In this document: piece by piece, positions 39,892-51,635 of the stretch | Numbering within the stretch: the first letter of the stretch is position 1 | Layout: each line of letters starts with the position of its first letter | Assembly: GCF_002105155.1 (NCBI RefSeq) | Contig: NW_019029021.1 | Location: 310,001 to 374,000 of the forward strand | Direction: 5' to 3' | DNA from: Lobosporangium transversale | Lineage: Eukaryota | DNA: 64,000 nt | Notes under the pieces: model-generated | What the model was told of the DNA's origin: nothing | Seen by the model: only the letters and a program-made list of their open reading frames with translations | Database searches by the model: none | Made by a program: the position numbers and the translations under genes

Positions 39892-42800
39892 TCAATGGTT
39901 CTGACTGTCATCGATAAGCGATGGCTGCACTGTTTCGGCTTCAATCAATTCTCTAAACCGATCTAACTGTCTCTTGCTCAAAGCTTGGCTTATGTCATCT
40001 TGTACGTCGTCCTGTGCACATATCGCAATTAACTCGTCGCTTCCTGATCTCCATCGAATCCGTGCTTGTGCGCCAGTCATCCTTGGTAGGGGTTTCTCTT
40101 TATGACTCCCATGACTTGTTGGTAGGAATTGCTGGCTCTTTACTTCACTAATCTCATACATTCGCTTCAAGTAACTTTTTAGGACTATGGCAGCCTCGAC
40201 TGGAATACTGGCTTTGGCTATCATACGAATAGGCATGTAAAGCTCCCGATTGCCCTTATCTCTTTCCAGGTATGGTTCATCCTCACCACTGTATGTCCCA
40301 TCAGCGATATCTTCACTATGCTCACCTCCAATTGCACTGGAACTTTGCACTTTCATGTTATGTAGTTTAGACTTGGGTGTGCTTGATGATAAACCCGATT
40401 CTCTGGTTCTAATTCTTGCCTTGCCGCCACCACCTTTTTTTTTTATTGCGGGATCACGATGTGCATTTGATGCAGGCTGTGTCACTCTAATCAAATTTTG
40501 CAGCAGTGTCATTCCAGTTCCGGCTATGATCCTGTTCAAATAAAAAATAACAAGATAAACTTCCTCCGTTGTTTTGAATTCGAGATAAGCAAGATTTTCC
40601 GCAATAAACCGTGAATAAATGCCGTCCACCTAAAAATTGCGATCATAATGGGGGAAGCACAAATAAATTACAGTTGCAATTTTTTCAATACTTCTTCTTT
40701 CATTAAGCTCGGGAGTTACGACAACCTTTAATAAAGTTATAGATACCTCAAATTGCATTCCTGTAAGGTCAACATCCAGGGCCTTGACAAGTGATGATAG
40801 AAAAGAGTTCCTAACCTGTCTTTTCTCTCCCGCTAGTACGTACATCGGATAAACCAAAGCAATGGCATCGCCAGTCTCCGGATTGATCTTATATCCTAGA
40901 GTAAGATACAAATAGCTTGTTAATCTTTTATGCTTGAAGCGGTGCTGTCCACTTTAAGAGTTGAAAACGTCTCACCTTGTATACTCAACGCTTCTTGTTG
41001 AAGATTTTTTCTAAATGCAAACATTGTCCGAACGCACTCCATAATCCTTGCATAGATTAGTGATGCGTGCTTTTGATGTAATTCACGGTGAATTTTAAAG
41101 GCGCGCCCTGCTAAAATCAAGTCTTCACTAGATTCAAGAGCAACCACAGCTGGCATGCAGAGCATCGGGTGTACCAATGCTTGCTGTGTCACCTGAGAGA
41201 TGACATCAACTGCAGCCACCTGCAGCTGTAAATCATTCACGAGTGCACACTGTAATATGCGATCAAGATAACGCTGCATGACTGCGCTTCCTATTCCTGC
41301 CTCGAGGTTGTCTTCAGCATTCGTAATGAGGGTATAGGCTTCTTTTTCGGACCTTGAAGATGACGTGGCCTGAGTGTTGACTAGGAAATCGGTGTATGTC
41401 CGAAGCATCTCTATTTTGAGCTCATTGTTCCGGTCGGAGAAGATGGTGTCCATGATAGCAAGACTCCTTTGCATATTCATCAATATTGGAAAGGCCATGT
41501 ATAGGTGGCCTGTGCACATGGGAACACAAGTAACCATAAAGTTAATAAATAAAGCAACAAGCACGATATAAGCATTAAGACGCTTGCTCATTACCTAAAC
41601 CCTGAAGAGCATTTAGCCGCAGAGAATTATCGTCCATCAGCTCGTAAAGCGTTGCCAAAGTATTGAAAACAAAGCCTTGAACGGTTGGATACATTTTACT
41701 CTTTAGATCAGATAGACGGTCTTCGCTTGGACAGCCTTTGATTATTTTCTCGAATGGAAAGTGTCTACAAACGAGACTCACAATTGTCATTAAGCGACGA
41801 GTCTTGCTTTCTTGAAGAGCTACACCGGTTTCCAACTTCTTGATATCAGCTATTAAGACATCCATACAGGCTTGGAAAAACTTGCAAAGACGGCTATAGT
41901 TTCGGGTCCAGACTTTCACAATATTACAAAGAACTGTAGCTGCGTCGGGAAGCAATACCAGTGGACACTTTGCTACAAGGGCTAAAGCTAATCGTTCAGC
42001 CATTTGAGAGTCATTGGTAGGCATGTCTGGCATAACTGGGATTGTATCTTGATATATCCGCAGCACAAACATTGTGATACGCCAGTCATCCGAGTCAACA
42101 CAGCAGTGAAGGTACGTTAGAAGTGCGCTGAGATGCTTTACTTCGGCAAGGTGGGGCTTGGACCTCAGGAACAAATGGAGTGTTTGAACAGTTGACGCAA
42201 CAATAGATTTGGGGGCGTCCTCATCCTGGAGGGTTTGAACCAGATCTACAAGACAGTTTACGACAACAGCACATGACTTTGTAAAGTCTTTGATCGAATG
42301 TGATTGATCGAGACTTTGATCCCTTTTGAGCATATGCCGTAATACGGATCCAAGAGCTTCATCCTGCTGCATGGATAATGTGCCCACCATGTCAACTAAA
42401 GTTCGCGCATACTTTGACACCTCTCGGCGTTGCGAAAATGTTATAGAAGCTGAAGTAGATGATACTCTCGATTGCTCTTCATACCCTCCTTCTACTGATT
42501 GGGCTGCATCCACGATTGGGCCAAACCAGACATCACTAACGCTTTTGATCGCCAGCTCTTTGACAGATATATCATCATCATTCACTCGAAGCAAAAGTTT
42601 TTGTGAAATGTCACTACGCAACTCATGACTTTCTGTTCTATGATAGATGTCCCGCAAGAGTCTTAAAACACGTTTGCGAACATTCAGTCCGGTATCCTAA
42701 AGTAAAAATAACATCAGATCAAACCCCGCATAAACACTACATTCAAATTGAAGAAAACAAGGGCACCTACCGAAATTCTGTCGCTCACTATATCGTAATA

Positions 42801-45800
42801 GGCCTTCCGAATTGTTACGTCTTGCATCATGTATTTGCCTACAAGATCTACAGCGGCATCACGGACTAAAGGACTTGTATCTTGTAGTCGTAGAGCGATT
42901 GTTTTGCGTACATTCTGCTGAGCAAGTACAGAGTAATCACCAGTTACTATTGATGACAAAGCCTTTAGTGATTTGGTCCTTAGGGTAACAGTCCCCCCTT
43001 CCAGTGCAGGTAAAATCCGCGAAAGCAGCAAATCAAATGAGAGAAACAGCTGCTGTCGAGACGTAAGATACATTGCGCTTTGCAATGCTTCCTTCCATAT
43101 GGTCAGGCGTCTAGGAATGGGTTTTTGATTGTGACCTGCGTAAAGCCTCCAATATGACCAGATTTCTTCTAGTATCATTTTCCAAGAGTCGTCTGCCCAA
43201 ACATGGGCTGTAGGGTTTTTCGTGACAGCTGTACACATCAAGCCGATCCATTCACATATCCAAAAGTCTTTAGCGGCCTTTGCTCCTGGATCATTAGTCT
43301 CGTTGGAACCTAGGTAATCCACTACGTTTTTGTATCTTGCCTTCAAGTACATTAGGTCGCGTGGCTCGATTTGCGCACAAACTATACCATAAAATGGGGA
43401 GTTCTCATCACCTCCGCAGCTTGATGGACAGTCTCGGGACTGCTCCTTTTTCGAATTATACATGATTGTCTTGATCTGAGTAGCAATAGATCCTAGCGCC
43501 TCAATGGCCATGACCTTTATCGTTACGTCTGCTTTTACATCGTCCAAATATCTTGTCTGAGAGATGAAAAGTATCAGTCTGCATGTACTATCACTGATAG
43601 TTTCTGTTGCATATTTAAGATCCCGTAAATATTACCATAGCAGTGCTGAAGAGCAGCAAGCACGTCTCTGCACTTGGCCATTCGGGTTGACCAAGTACTA
43701 CAAGTAGATCCGCAATAAGACTATCCAGGACTATTTTATATTCAATTTCAGACGTCATTTTAAATCCTTTGATACAACGCAATAAAAGGAAGTTGAAAAT
43801 GTAAGCTGCGTTGGATTTCTCAGTCTCTGATACAACTTTGATCTCATTAAGCAACTTCGGTACCCAATGCCACCATCACAACAACAAAAAAAAAAAAAAA
43901 AAAAAAAGGAAAAAGAGAGGTAATGATAGCATTTATGTGAGCCGTGGGCGCATATTGCTTGATAAGTGAATAAGGTTTTTGCAGTAACATTCAATTAAAC
44001 CAACCTTTTGCATTGCCAGGCTTTGCATGGAAATATCGAGATCATGAAAGTCCTGTGGGAGGAGCGCAGAAGATGGGCAGCTAGAGCACGTTTGAATTAG
44101 CTGCATGAGCAATGCCGATGAAGAATGTATCTTTGACCCATCCTTAAGCCTAGAATAATATCCACATAGGCAGCCAATTAGAACAATGCAAATGGCTTAA
44201 CAAAATATGCTTTTGACAACCCACTAACAATCATACTTGTAGCCTTTAGACATTTTCTTTCCATGAGGCAGTTTAATGAGCAGTGAAAGAATCTCTTCCA
44301 GTATCCAAGTTCGATACTTTGTGTACTTCTCATATATCTACTCCATTACCGAAGGAAAAGTGTTAGCGAAGCATGCAGTCTAACGGAGCTGATCACTGCA
44401 TTCATGGTTACCTATCCCCTTACCGTCCGCAAAAGACTGGATCCCGCCTGCTTTAATGATTCAGTTTCTGTACCGCTCAGTGCTCGTTCTGAGGATGGAT
44501 CAATGAAAAACAGCGAAATAGCGGCGTAGATCACTTTTAAGACAAAGTCGTCAGATAATTCTTGTCGGCAAGTGCTAAGAAGAGCATTTGAAGCCCTACT
44601 GACTTTGGAAACCAAAGAAATGACTCTCGGTTTGATAGTATCATTCTCAGAAAGCATTTCAGCCATTAATAGCTCCTCAGATGTTGGACAAGTCTCCTTC
44701 GAAAACTCCAGAACGGGCTTTAAAAATCTGTCTAGACTTAGCTTGAAGACTAATAGAGAACTCATAAGTAATTCTTCTGGAAAGAATTGCTGATGAAGGC
44801 CCAATTTTGCGAATAAAGTGAAACTGAGAACCACATAATCCAGGTACAGTGTTATACGGTCCAAGAGGACATGGGCTCCACTTGGATTATCGTCAATTAA
44901 ATCATCATTTCCTTTTGAAAGAATACCCTCGGAAGCAAATCCATTCAAGCGTGTATCCATATGCTTTAAAAGTCTACATAAGATGTCAGCTGGAAGACTT
45001 TCGAGGAGCCCTTGTTTTAAGAACTCTTCAATCTGTGTAATATTTTGTGCCGCTGACAGTGAAAAATCCATTGACTTTAGATTTAACTCGTCCATCTTGT
45101 CTTCGCTATCTAGAAAGTTGAGCACAAAATCCTCAAATGCTGGGGTAGGGTCTTGAGAACAAACAGTATATCGATTTATTAGCATACTTAGAAGAATGAG
45201 GCTAAATGCTTTGCGTAAGTATATAGTATATAAATAAAATAATCCTACCGTTATCATTTGTCAGCAAAGACTGCATCATTAAAGCTGTTGGAGTTGATTG
45301 TGTCACTTCTGCTGAAAGATATGAGGTGCATTGTATGCGTGAAGATATTTCATTACAAGGCGTTTTATCAGGCTGAGGCGTGGCAGAGACGTCAACGGTG
45401 GATAAAGAACTCTGGTGCTTAGGCTTCTTGAGCCGACGGCCCGTGCTTTGAGGCCCATTGTCATCCCAACTCTGCTGGGGGGGTCTTTTAGATGCACGCA
45501 GAGTAGATGAACTACTGTTATCCTCGACTTCAGATTCTGGTATTTCTTCAAGGTGATCTATAGCCGTGATGAAGTCAGACGAAGTGGAAGTACTTTGTTG
45601 AAACTCGCGCAACGCGCTGAATGGCTCAATTACCGGAAGCTGATATATATCTCCGGTGTTGAAATCCTCGTGTCTATTCTTGGAGCAGTGATACATGATA
45701 GATTCAGCAAGAGATGAAAGTGGTTGATCTATATGGTGTGAAAATGATTCTGTGTTCCCTATAATTTGAGCCACTGGCGGGAAGCGTCTATAGGAAGCAC

Positions 45801-46388
45801 AAGTACTTTGCGTTAGTCGAGTGAAAGCATTAAAAGCGAAGTAAATACAAGTTATTCCTTGAATAGTATTAATTAGACATTTCTTACATGTCTGTCAGAT
45901 CTGCATTTGTGATAATGGCTTTCAAGTACTCAAGTTGAGTAGATGGCACTGATCGAGTATGCTCATGCGGAGAGAATAAATATTGCGCCTCAGGGCCCTG
46001 AGGTTTTAGCAGGCGAAACGCTGGAAAGTCAATACTTATAGAAGGTAAGCCCCGTAGGACTATTGAGAAGCTTAAATATGTTAGACACATAATGATATGC
46101 GAAGTTCCCCAATTAACCATTAATAGACCCTTTACCTGAGTCTGCCGACGTTATGGATGCGAGGGGTGAATATTGTAGACCTGTCTGTGCATTCATGGGC
46201 AACGAATGACAGGGCACCGCATCATTTAGTGGGTTCTGTTCATGCAACTGTACGCTCTTTGTAGGGGACTGTCGCTGGTGCATCGGGAATGAAATGTTTG
46301 AAATAGATGACATTGAAGATTGTTGCTGTTGCACTTGCTTTGGCTGTCGCTTAACATTCGGAAGCTGTAATTCCTGTTGCCGATCCAT
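39892..46388 (-). CDS. SCC2: Cohesin loader Scc2/Mis4/NIPBL, multi-exon
   Basis: 'DLLVVLGQPEWPSAE', 'LRTKSLKALSSIV', 'DTSPLVRDAAVDLVGKY', 'DTGLNVRKRV', 'QQALVHPMLCMPAVVALE', 'FIAENLAYLEF' - conserved HEAT and Nipped-B_C segments. Confidence 0.93.
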
Positions 46389-47994
46389 TTTAAATTGGAT
46401 TCATTACAACAGCTGTGCGGAAGAATAATAAATTTCTCCGAAGGCAAGTTCTTTTAAGTGCATTTTTGAAAATTGCCACCATTTTTTTCTGTGGCTGTTA
46501 CTTGCTTTGGCTTTCGCTATTTTGTAGCAGTCATTCTTATGCTTCTCTTCTCCCATAGAAAGGAGAGCACATTCCTCAAAGTTTGCGGCCTAGATTTATA
46601 TGACTCGAGCTTCATGTCGACACGTACCTCGATTGAATTCAAAATTATTGCTATGCATATTTACTCGCCAATAATCGATGGATAAAACTGCTCGGGAAAC
46701 TTGTAATCGTCATCTAGATCGATCATTCTACTCTTGTTTGTCAAGGTAGGCACAACTACCAAGCATCGGAGCATCAATCAATCAATATTGCCTTCATTAT
46801 TCGAATTTAGCAAAATTGGAGCGGATGCCAGCCTTTTTATTACTTTCAGGCGAATCAGTATCAGCAAGGATAAATGTTTTTACCATCAATATCGGAAGAA
46901 AATGACTTCGGGATTGTAATCAGCATTGTATTATAATTTGTCTAGGGGAAAGACAAGTATAAAAGCATCCCTTTTTAATCAAGAATGTCAACATTCAAAT
47001 AACTTATTGATTCCATGGCTATTATTTTTTCGATGTAAAAAAAATTAAGTGAATCAATTGGCATAGCATATCCTCCCTAAAGGCAACGGAAATTGCACCC
47101 TTTCAAGTGACCTTTAGCAAGGAGGTCTCGTTTGACAAAAAATCATACTGTCACCTCTTATGGCAGTTCACTACAACTTTCATTGTTCTGCATCCTCGAT
47201 AAAGACTCGGTTTTGTCTTCCTTCTCCATGAAAGCTCCACTTGATGCCACTGTCGATAATCTCAGCCAGAAAAAGCGCTAAGTTTGAGGATGTAGATTTA
47301 GTCCGTTTTATGCTCTGAAAGGTCCCCATTCTCATTTCCAGAGAAGACATGGTTAAAATCTTTTCGCTTGAAAATTGGCTGACAGAGACGCTACTCCCGA
47401 CCACGATACTCAAAGTTGCTTTTAAGGAGCGAGTTTATCTATGCAATTATACAATCTCTACTGAAAGGTATTTTCCATTTCATCTGTTATGTCCTTTTTT
47501 TTTTTTTTTTTTTTTTTTGACGATAATTAATATTATCAGCGCTGTCTTTGCTGTACATACGCGACTTAACCAAAGCTATATTTAATGTATCCCTCCGGCT
47601 TGCTTATACAAGAGCTTTTTCATGATCTGTTGATACACTATCATGCAAAACTGAATAAATAATTCATTCCCATGTGCATTTCTTTTTTTCATTCCTAGAA
47701 ACCGTATATGCATACACCACTCATACTTTGTTTTAATAAAGCTCCCGTCTTCTTCTACGACATAGTTATGCGTTGTGACATTAGCTTGTCTCATTTAGAA
47801 AGCTAGTGACTTTTTTATTCATTCAGCAGAGTCGCATTCAAATTTTTTTTTTGTGAATTGTGAATTGTGAAATGAAATCTATTGGCTTTGAAATGACCAA
47901 TAATCTGCCAGAACTGGGTCCATTTCACAATTCAATTTTTCACCAAAAAGTTGTAAAATTGATTTGTGAAATGACTCATTTGGTCCAATGACCT

Positions 47995-49692
47995 TTGAAA
48001 GTGATTTTCTCTTTTTTTTTTTCTTTTTCTTTCTTTCTTTCTTTTTCCCTTTCACGCAACACACACATAGAAAAGAAATGGTCGCATACCTTTTACAACG
48101 GTATCAACCCTTTGATCTCTCCCACGCCTTCAAATGCAACAATTACCTCTGTTTCTGAACGTCCAATAATTGTTGATGCCACTCATCAGCGACAGTTCCC
48201 TTACGTAGCCGCCCAGAACTATCAATACCAGCAGCAGCAACAAAACCTTCAAGGAAAGGGTTCTCAGGAACTTTACAATATTTATCCCCAATCTGTGATG
48301 CCCAATTTGCGACACCACCCTCAGCCAACTCAATCTGAGCAAAGTTCAAAACGTCCAAGGGAAGAACTGCAACAGACTTCTTATTCTCAACTTAGACCAA
48401 TCTCAGCCATCCCACCATTGACATTAACTACACCTTTGAATACGAATCGCTCAATTGCAATTACACCTCCACCAATTACTTCTCAAGTACAACCTGGATC
48501 TCGTGCAAGATCTTCCACAACTCATGCTTCCTCTGCCTCTGCTTCGAAAGCTAAGGCAGCGACTAGAGGCCCTGGGAGCTTTTGGACCGCAGATGGGATG
48601 GATGCCTTTGTGGATTGGATAACTGACCCCCACAACTATGAAAAATTGCAAAGAGTACGGACAGTATCTGGTCAAAAGAAGGCCGACGTGCATACCGCTA
48701 TTGCTGAATACGTAAACGGGGTTGCCGGAACTGATTGGACTCAAAAGATTGTAAGGAACAAGATTGAATATGTAAAGAAGAAATATGACCAAGCCAAGGC
48801 CCTTGCAGACCAAACTGGTGGTGGAGATACGGAGAATTTAGCAGACCTTCGAAGGCAAATGATGGAAATATGTCCTGAATACGACCGATTCCACGCTGTT
48901 TGGGGAAGCTCATTAGCGAGGAACCCTCCTCCTCTCATGCAGTCATGTAGACGTGTCATTGATGATTCCTCAGAAAGAGAGTCATCTCCTGAGACAACTC
49001 TCGACTCTGAAGATGACGGCCAGGAAGATGACGGCAATGAAGGCGGATTTGTTATTAATGGTAAGAAACTTAATGTCTGTTTACATTGCTAATTTTAGTC
49101 ATACCCGATATCTAATTCAAATTCATCAATTCTATCTATAAAAGACTTGCTTCAAGTTAACGACGAAGATACAAGAGACCGAGTACCGAAGCGTCGAAGG
49201 AAAGCAAAACTTAGTGAAAAAGATGCTTTTGTTCAAAGTACTGTGTCTACTTTACAAACGCAAGTCGACCTCGCCGCATCTACGAGATACAATGCATGGA
49301 ATGACAGCATGAAAGAGCGAGAGAGAGCTATGCTAGATAGGGAACGAAATTTTGAAGCTATGCTGAAACAACGGGCGCAGGATTTTGAAACACTATTGAA
49401 AGGAAGAAGAGATGAATTCGAAAAAGAAAAGGAGATATACAAAAAAGACTTTGAAAAAGAAAAAGAGATACAAAAAAAAGACTTTGAAAAAGAAAAACAG
49501 ATACAAAAAGAGGAAGCAGAGAGGATAATGGAACGTCGAATGAAAATGTTGGACGAGGAAAAAAAAGAGATGATGGAGTTTAGAAAAGAAAGGGATCAGC
49601 TTCTTCAAGAGCTAGCGTCTCTAAAGAAAGAGGTGGAGTTGTGTTGTAGGAACAACAACAACAACAAGCATGGACAATCGCACGGTTTATAA
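47995..49692 (+). CDS. Harbinger accessory Myb/SANT(trihelix)-like DNA-binding protein with coiled-coil tail; start codon uncertain
   Basis: 'SFWTADGMDAFVDWI...IAEYVN...WTQKIVRNKIEYVKKKYDQAK...TGGG...ICPEYDRFHAVW' Trp-spaced helical domain. Intron 49061-49144 joins to the 49147-49692 ORF. Convergent with a DDE gene as in PIF/Harbinger elements. Confidence 0.75.
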
Positions 49693-50957
49693 ACGCGACA
49701 ATATATGCATTTTAATAAAACCTTTGAGGCTATCGTCTGTATACGTCTGTATAAAACCCATCGCATAAGCTTATTCCTTCTTCTATTACCTTCTTGTTGT
49801 TGGGGATCTAGTTCTTCTACATCTTCAGGCACATCTCCAGGAACTAATGGCTCGTTGAGGATCTGTTCTTCCGTAATGTCTTCTTGGGCATCTTTCCGCA
49901 AGAAATTATGTAAAACGACACACGCCATGATCCACATTGATGCCCTATTAATACGCCTTCGCTTGTCGATCCTTACAGGCAAACTTTGAAGGGATTGGAA
50001 CTTGAGTTTTAACATACCAAACGCGTGCTCGATCTTGACCCTTGCTCTTCCATGGAGCGAGTTGAATCTTTTCTGATCACCTTGTGCATTCCTATAGCGC
50101 GGGATCACTGTTGCAGACGCAGCATAAGCGGCATCAGCAAGTATATATTCTTTTCCTTGGAAGAACTCGCCTGGATTCCGGTGCAGCTCCGTGCTCCTGT
50201 ATGCTGTCGAGTCATGCATAGACCCGATGTAGCCAGTAGCGAAAAATATGAAGCGACCTAAATGATCACTTACAGCTGTAGCGCCTACCTCATAGTTGCA
50301 CTTTCGGGTAATCCACGCTCCTGTATCAAAATTTGGGGCCGAGGACAGTGGGAAACAAACTCCATCGACAGCCCCAAGCATATGTGGGAAGCCTTTGTTT
50401 TCTTTAAACCATTTCAAAATCTCAAGTTTTTCCTCTATGTCAGGCCACACCACGAACTGTTCTACGAGATTATTAATGGCTTTGATACACCTCCAGGTGT
50501 AAGAGTGAACAGCGCCGACACTGCAACCAAAAACCCAAGCAACCTTCTTGATCGATATTCCTTTTGTTCCAAGGCGAAATAGGGTAACCTTTAGCTGGAT
50601 CTTGATATTGGCTAAAGGATCGCCGGTTTTTCGGAGCTGAAACAGAGGAGCCCTGCCAAGGATCTCGGCCAGCTCTTGGAATTGTTCCGGCGTCAAACGT
50701 ATGATACCAGAATAGTCCTCTGCGTTGTATGCATCGAGGACTCTGTCTCGTAATTCTGTCGAATATGGTTTTCGACAGCGAGGACGCAGATATCTGTTCC
50801 TGTACATAAAAGACAGGATGTTGGCATAAGTTTCCAGTTGGAATAAGTCAGCGTCGTCTCCATTCTCGACCTGCCGCCTTACTTCCTCCACAGCCCTCAA
50901 GAATCTTTGCTCAATTGCATCTGTCAAGCGTTGGTTTCGAGTGCGAATAGTAGGCAT
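49605..50957 (-). CDS. PIF/Harbinger (HARBI1-like, DDE_Tnp_4) transposase, apparently intact
   Basis: HTH 'QLKVTLFRLG...VAWVFGCSVGAV' and catalytic motifs 'GAVDGVCF', 'GSMHDS', 'YILADAAY', 'FNSLHGRARVKIEHAFGMLKLKF', 'ACVVLHNF'. Confidence 0.92.
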   Translation of the reverse strand: MPTIRTRNQRLTDAIEQRFLRAVEEVRRQVENGDDADLFQLETYANILSFMYRNRYLRPRCRKPYSTELRDRVLDAYNAEDYSGIIRLTPEQFQELAEILGRAPLFQLRKTGDPLANIKIQLKVTLFRLGTKGISIKKVAWVFGCSVGAVHSYTWRCIKAINNLVEQFVVWPDIEEKLEILKWFKENKGFPHMLGAVDGVCFPLSSAPNFDTGAWITRKCNYEVGATAVSDHLGRFIFFATGYIGSMHDSTAYRSTELHRNPGEFFQGKEYILADAAYAASATVIPRYRNAQGDQKRFNSLHGRARVKIEHAFGMLKLKFQSLQSLPVRIDKRRRINRASMWIMACVVLHNFLRKDAQEDITEEQILNEPLVPGDVPEDVEELDPQQQEGNRRRNKLMRWVLYRRIQTIASKVLLKCIYCRVYKPCDCPCLLLLLFLQHNSTSFFRDASS

Positions 50958-51438
50958 TTTATCAAAGGAAAAGGGGAGAGGATAAAAAAGGGGCAAAATC
51001 ACTTTCAAAGGTCATTGGACCAAATGAGTCATTTCACAATCAATTTTACAACTTTTTGGTGAAAAATTGAATTGTGAAATGGACCCAGTTCTGGCAGATT
51101 ATTGGTCATTTCAAAGCCAATAGATTTCATTTCACAATTCACAATTCACAAAAAAAAAATTTGAATGCGACTCTGCTGAATGAATAAAAAAGTCACTAGC
51201 TTTCTAAATGAGACAAGCTAATGTCACAACGCATAACTACGACGTAGAAGAAGATGGGAGCTTTATTAAAGCAAAGTATGAGTGGTGTATGCATATACGG
51301 TTTCTAGGAATGAAAAAAAGAAATGCACATGGGAATGAGTTATTTATTCAGTTTTGCATGATAGTGTATAACTCCTAAGCTTTCCTTGACCCTTGATCCT
51401 GTTCCTATATCGCCTATTCCTCTACCTATTCCTCTGCC

Positions 51439-51536
51439 CAGTGCTCCTATTCGAACTGAAATTTTGTCAATTGATATTTATTTTTTTAATCTGAATCATC
51501 ATAATTGACAAAATTTCAGTTTGAATAGGAGCACTG
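51439..51536. mobile_element. 98-bp hAT-family MITE
   Basis: TIR CAGTGCTCCTATTCGAACTGAAATTTTGTCAATT / AATTGACAAAATTTCAGTTTGAATAGGAGCACTG; perfect 8-bp TSD CCTCTGCC (51431-38, 51537-44); termini shared with the hAT at 56648-62310. Confidence 0.9.
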
Positions 51537-51635
51537 CCTCTGCCTAGTCTGGAAAAGGTTATTCTGCCTTGCCCTAAGCCTAGGTTCCCGACAACCAGTG
51601 GTATTCGATTCGAATGGTTCGAATAAGGAGCACTG

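Larger units (their letters stand above)
47636..51366. mobile_element. Composite DNA transposon: Tc1-type outer arms around a PIF/Harbinger module; ~373-bp TIRs; TA flanks
   Basis: Inverted repeats 47636-48008 and 50995-51366 (CACTATCATGCAAAACTG...CAGTTTTGCATGATAGTG) with TA at 47634-35 and 51367-68. The outer 191 bp are homologous to the TIRs of the Tc1 at 59262-60893. Confidence 0.9.

Noticed and set aside
46700..47630. Short ORFs between SCC2 and the transposon cluster
   Set aside because: No recognisable domain or terminal repeats.
47582..47794. Near-identical small ORFs MRQANVTTH... here and at 59133-59420
   Set aside because: By-products of the shared Tc1 TIR sequence, not genes.
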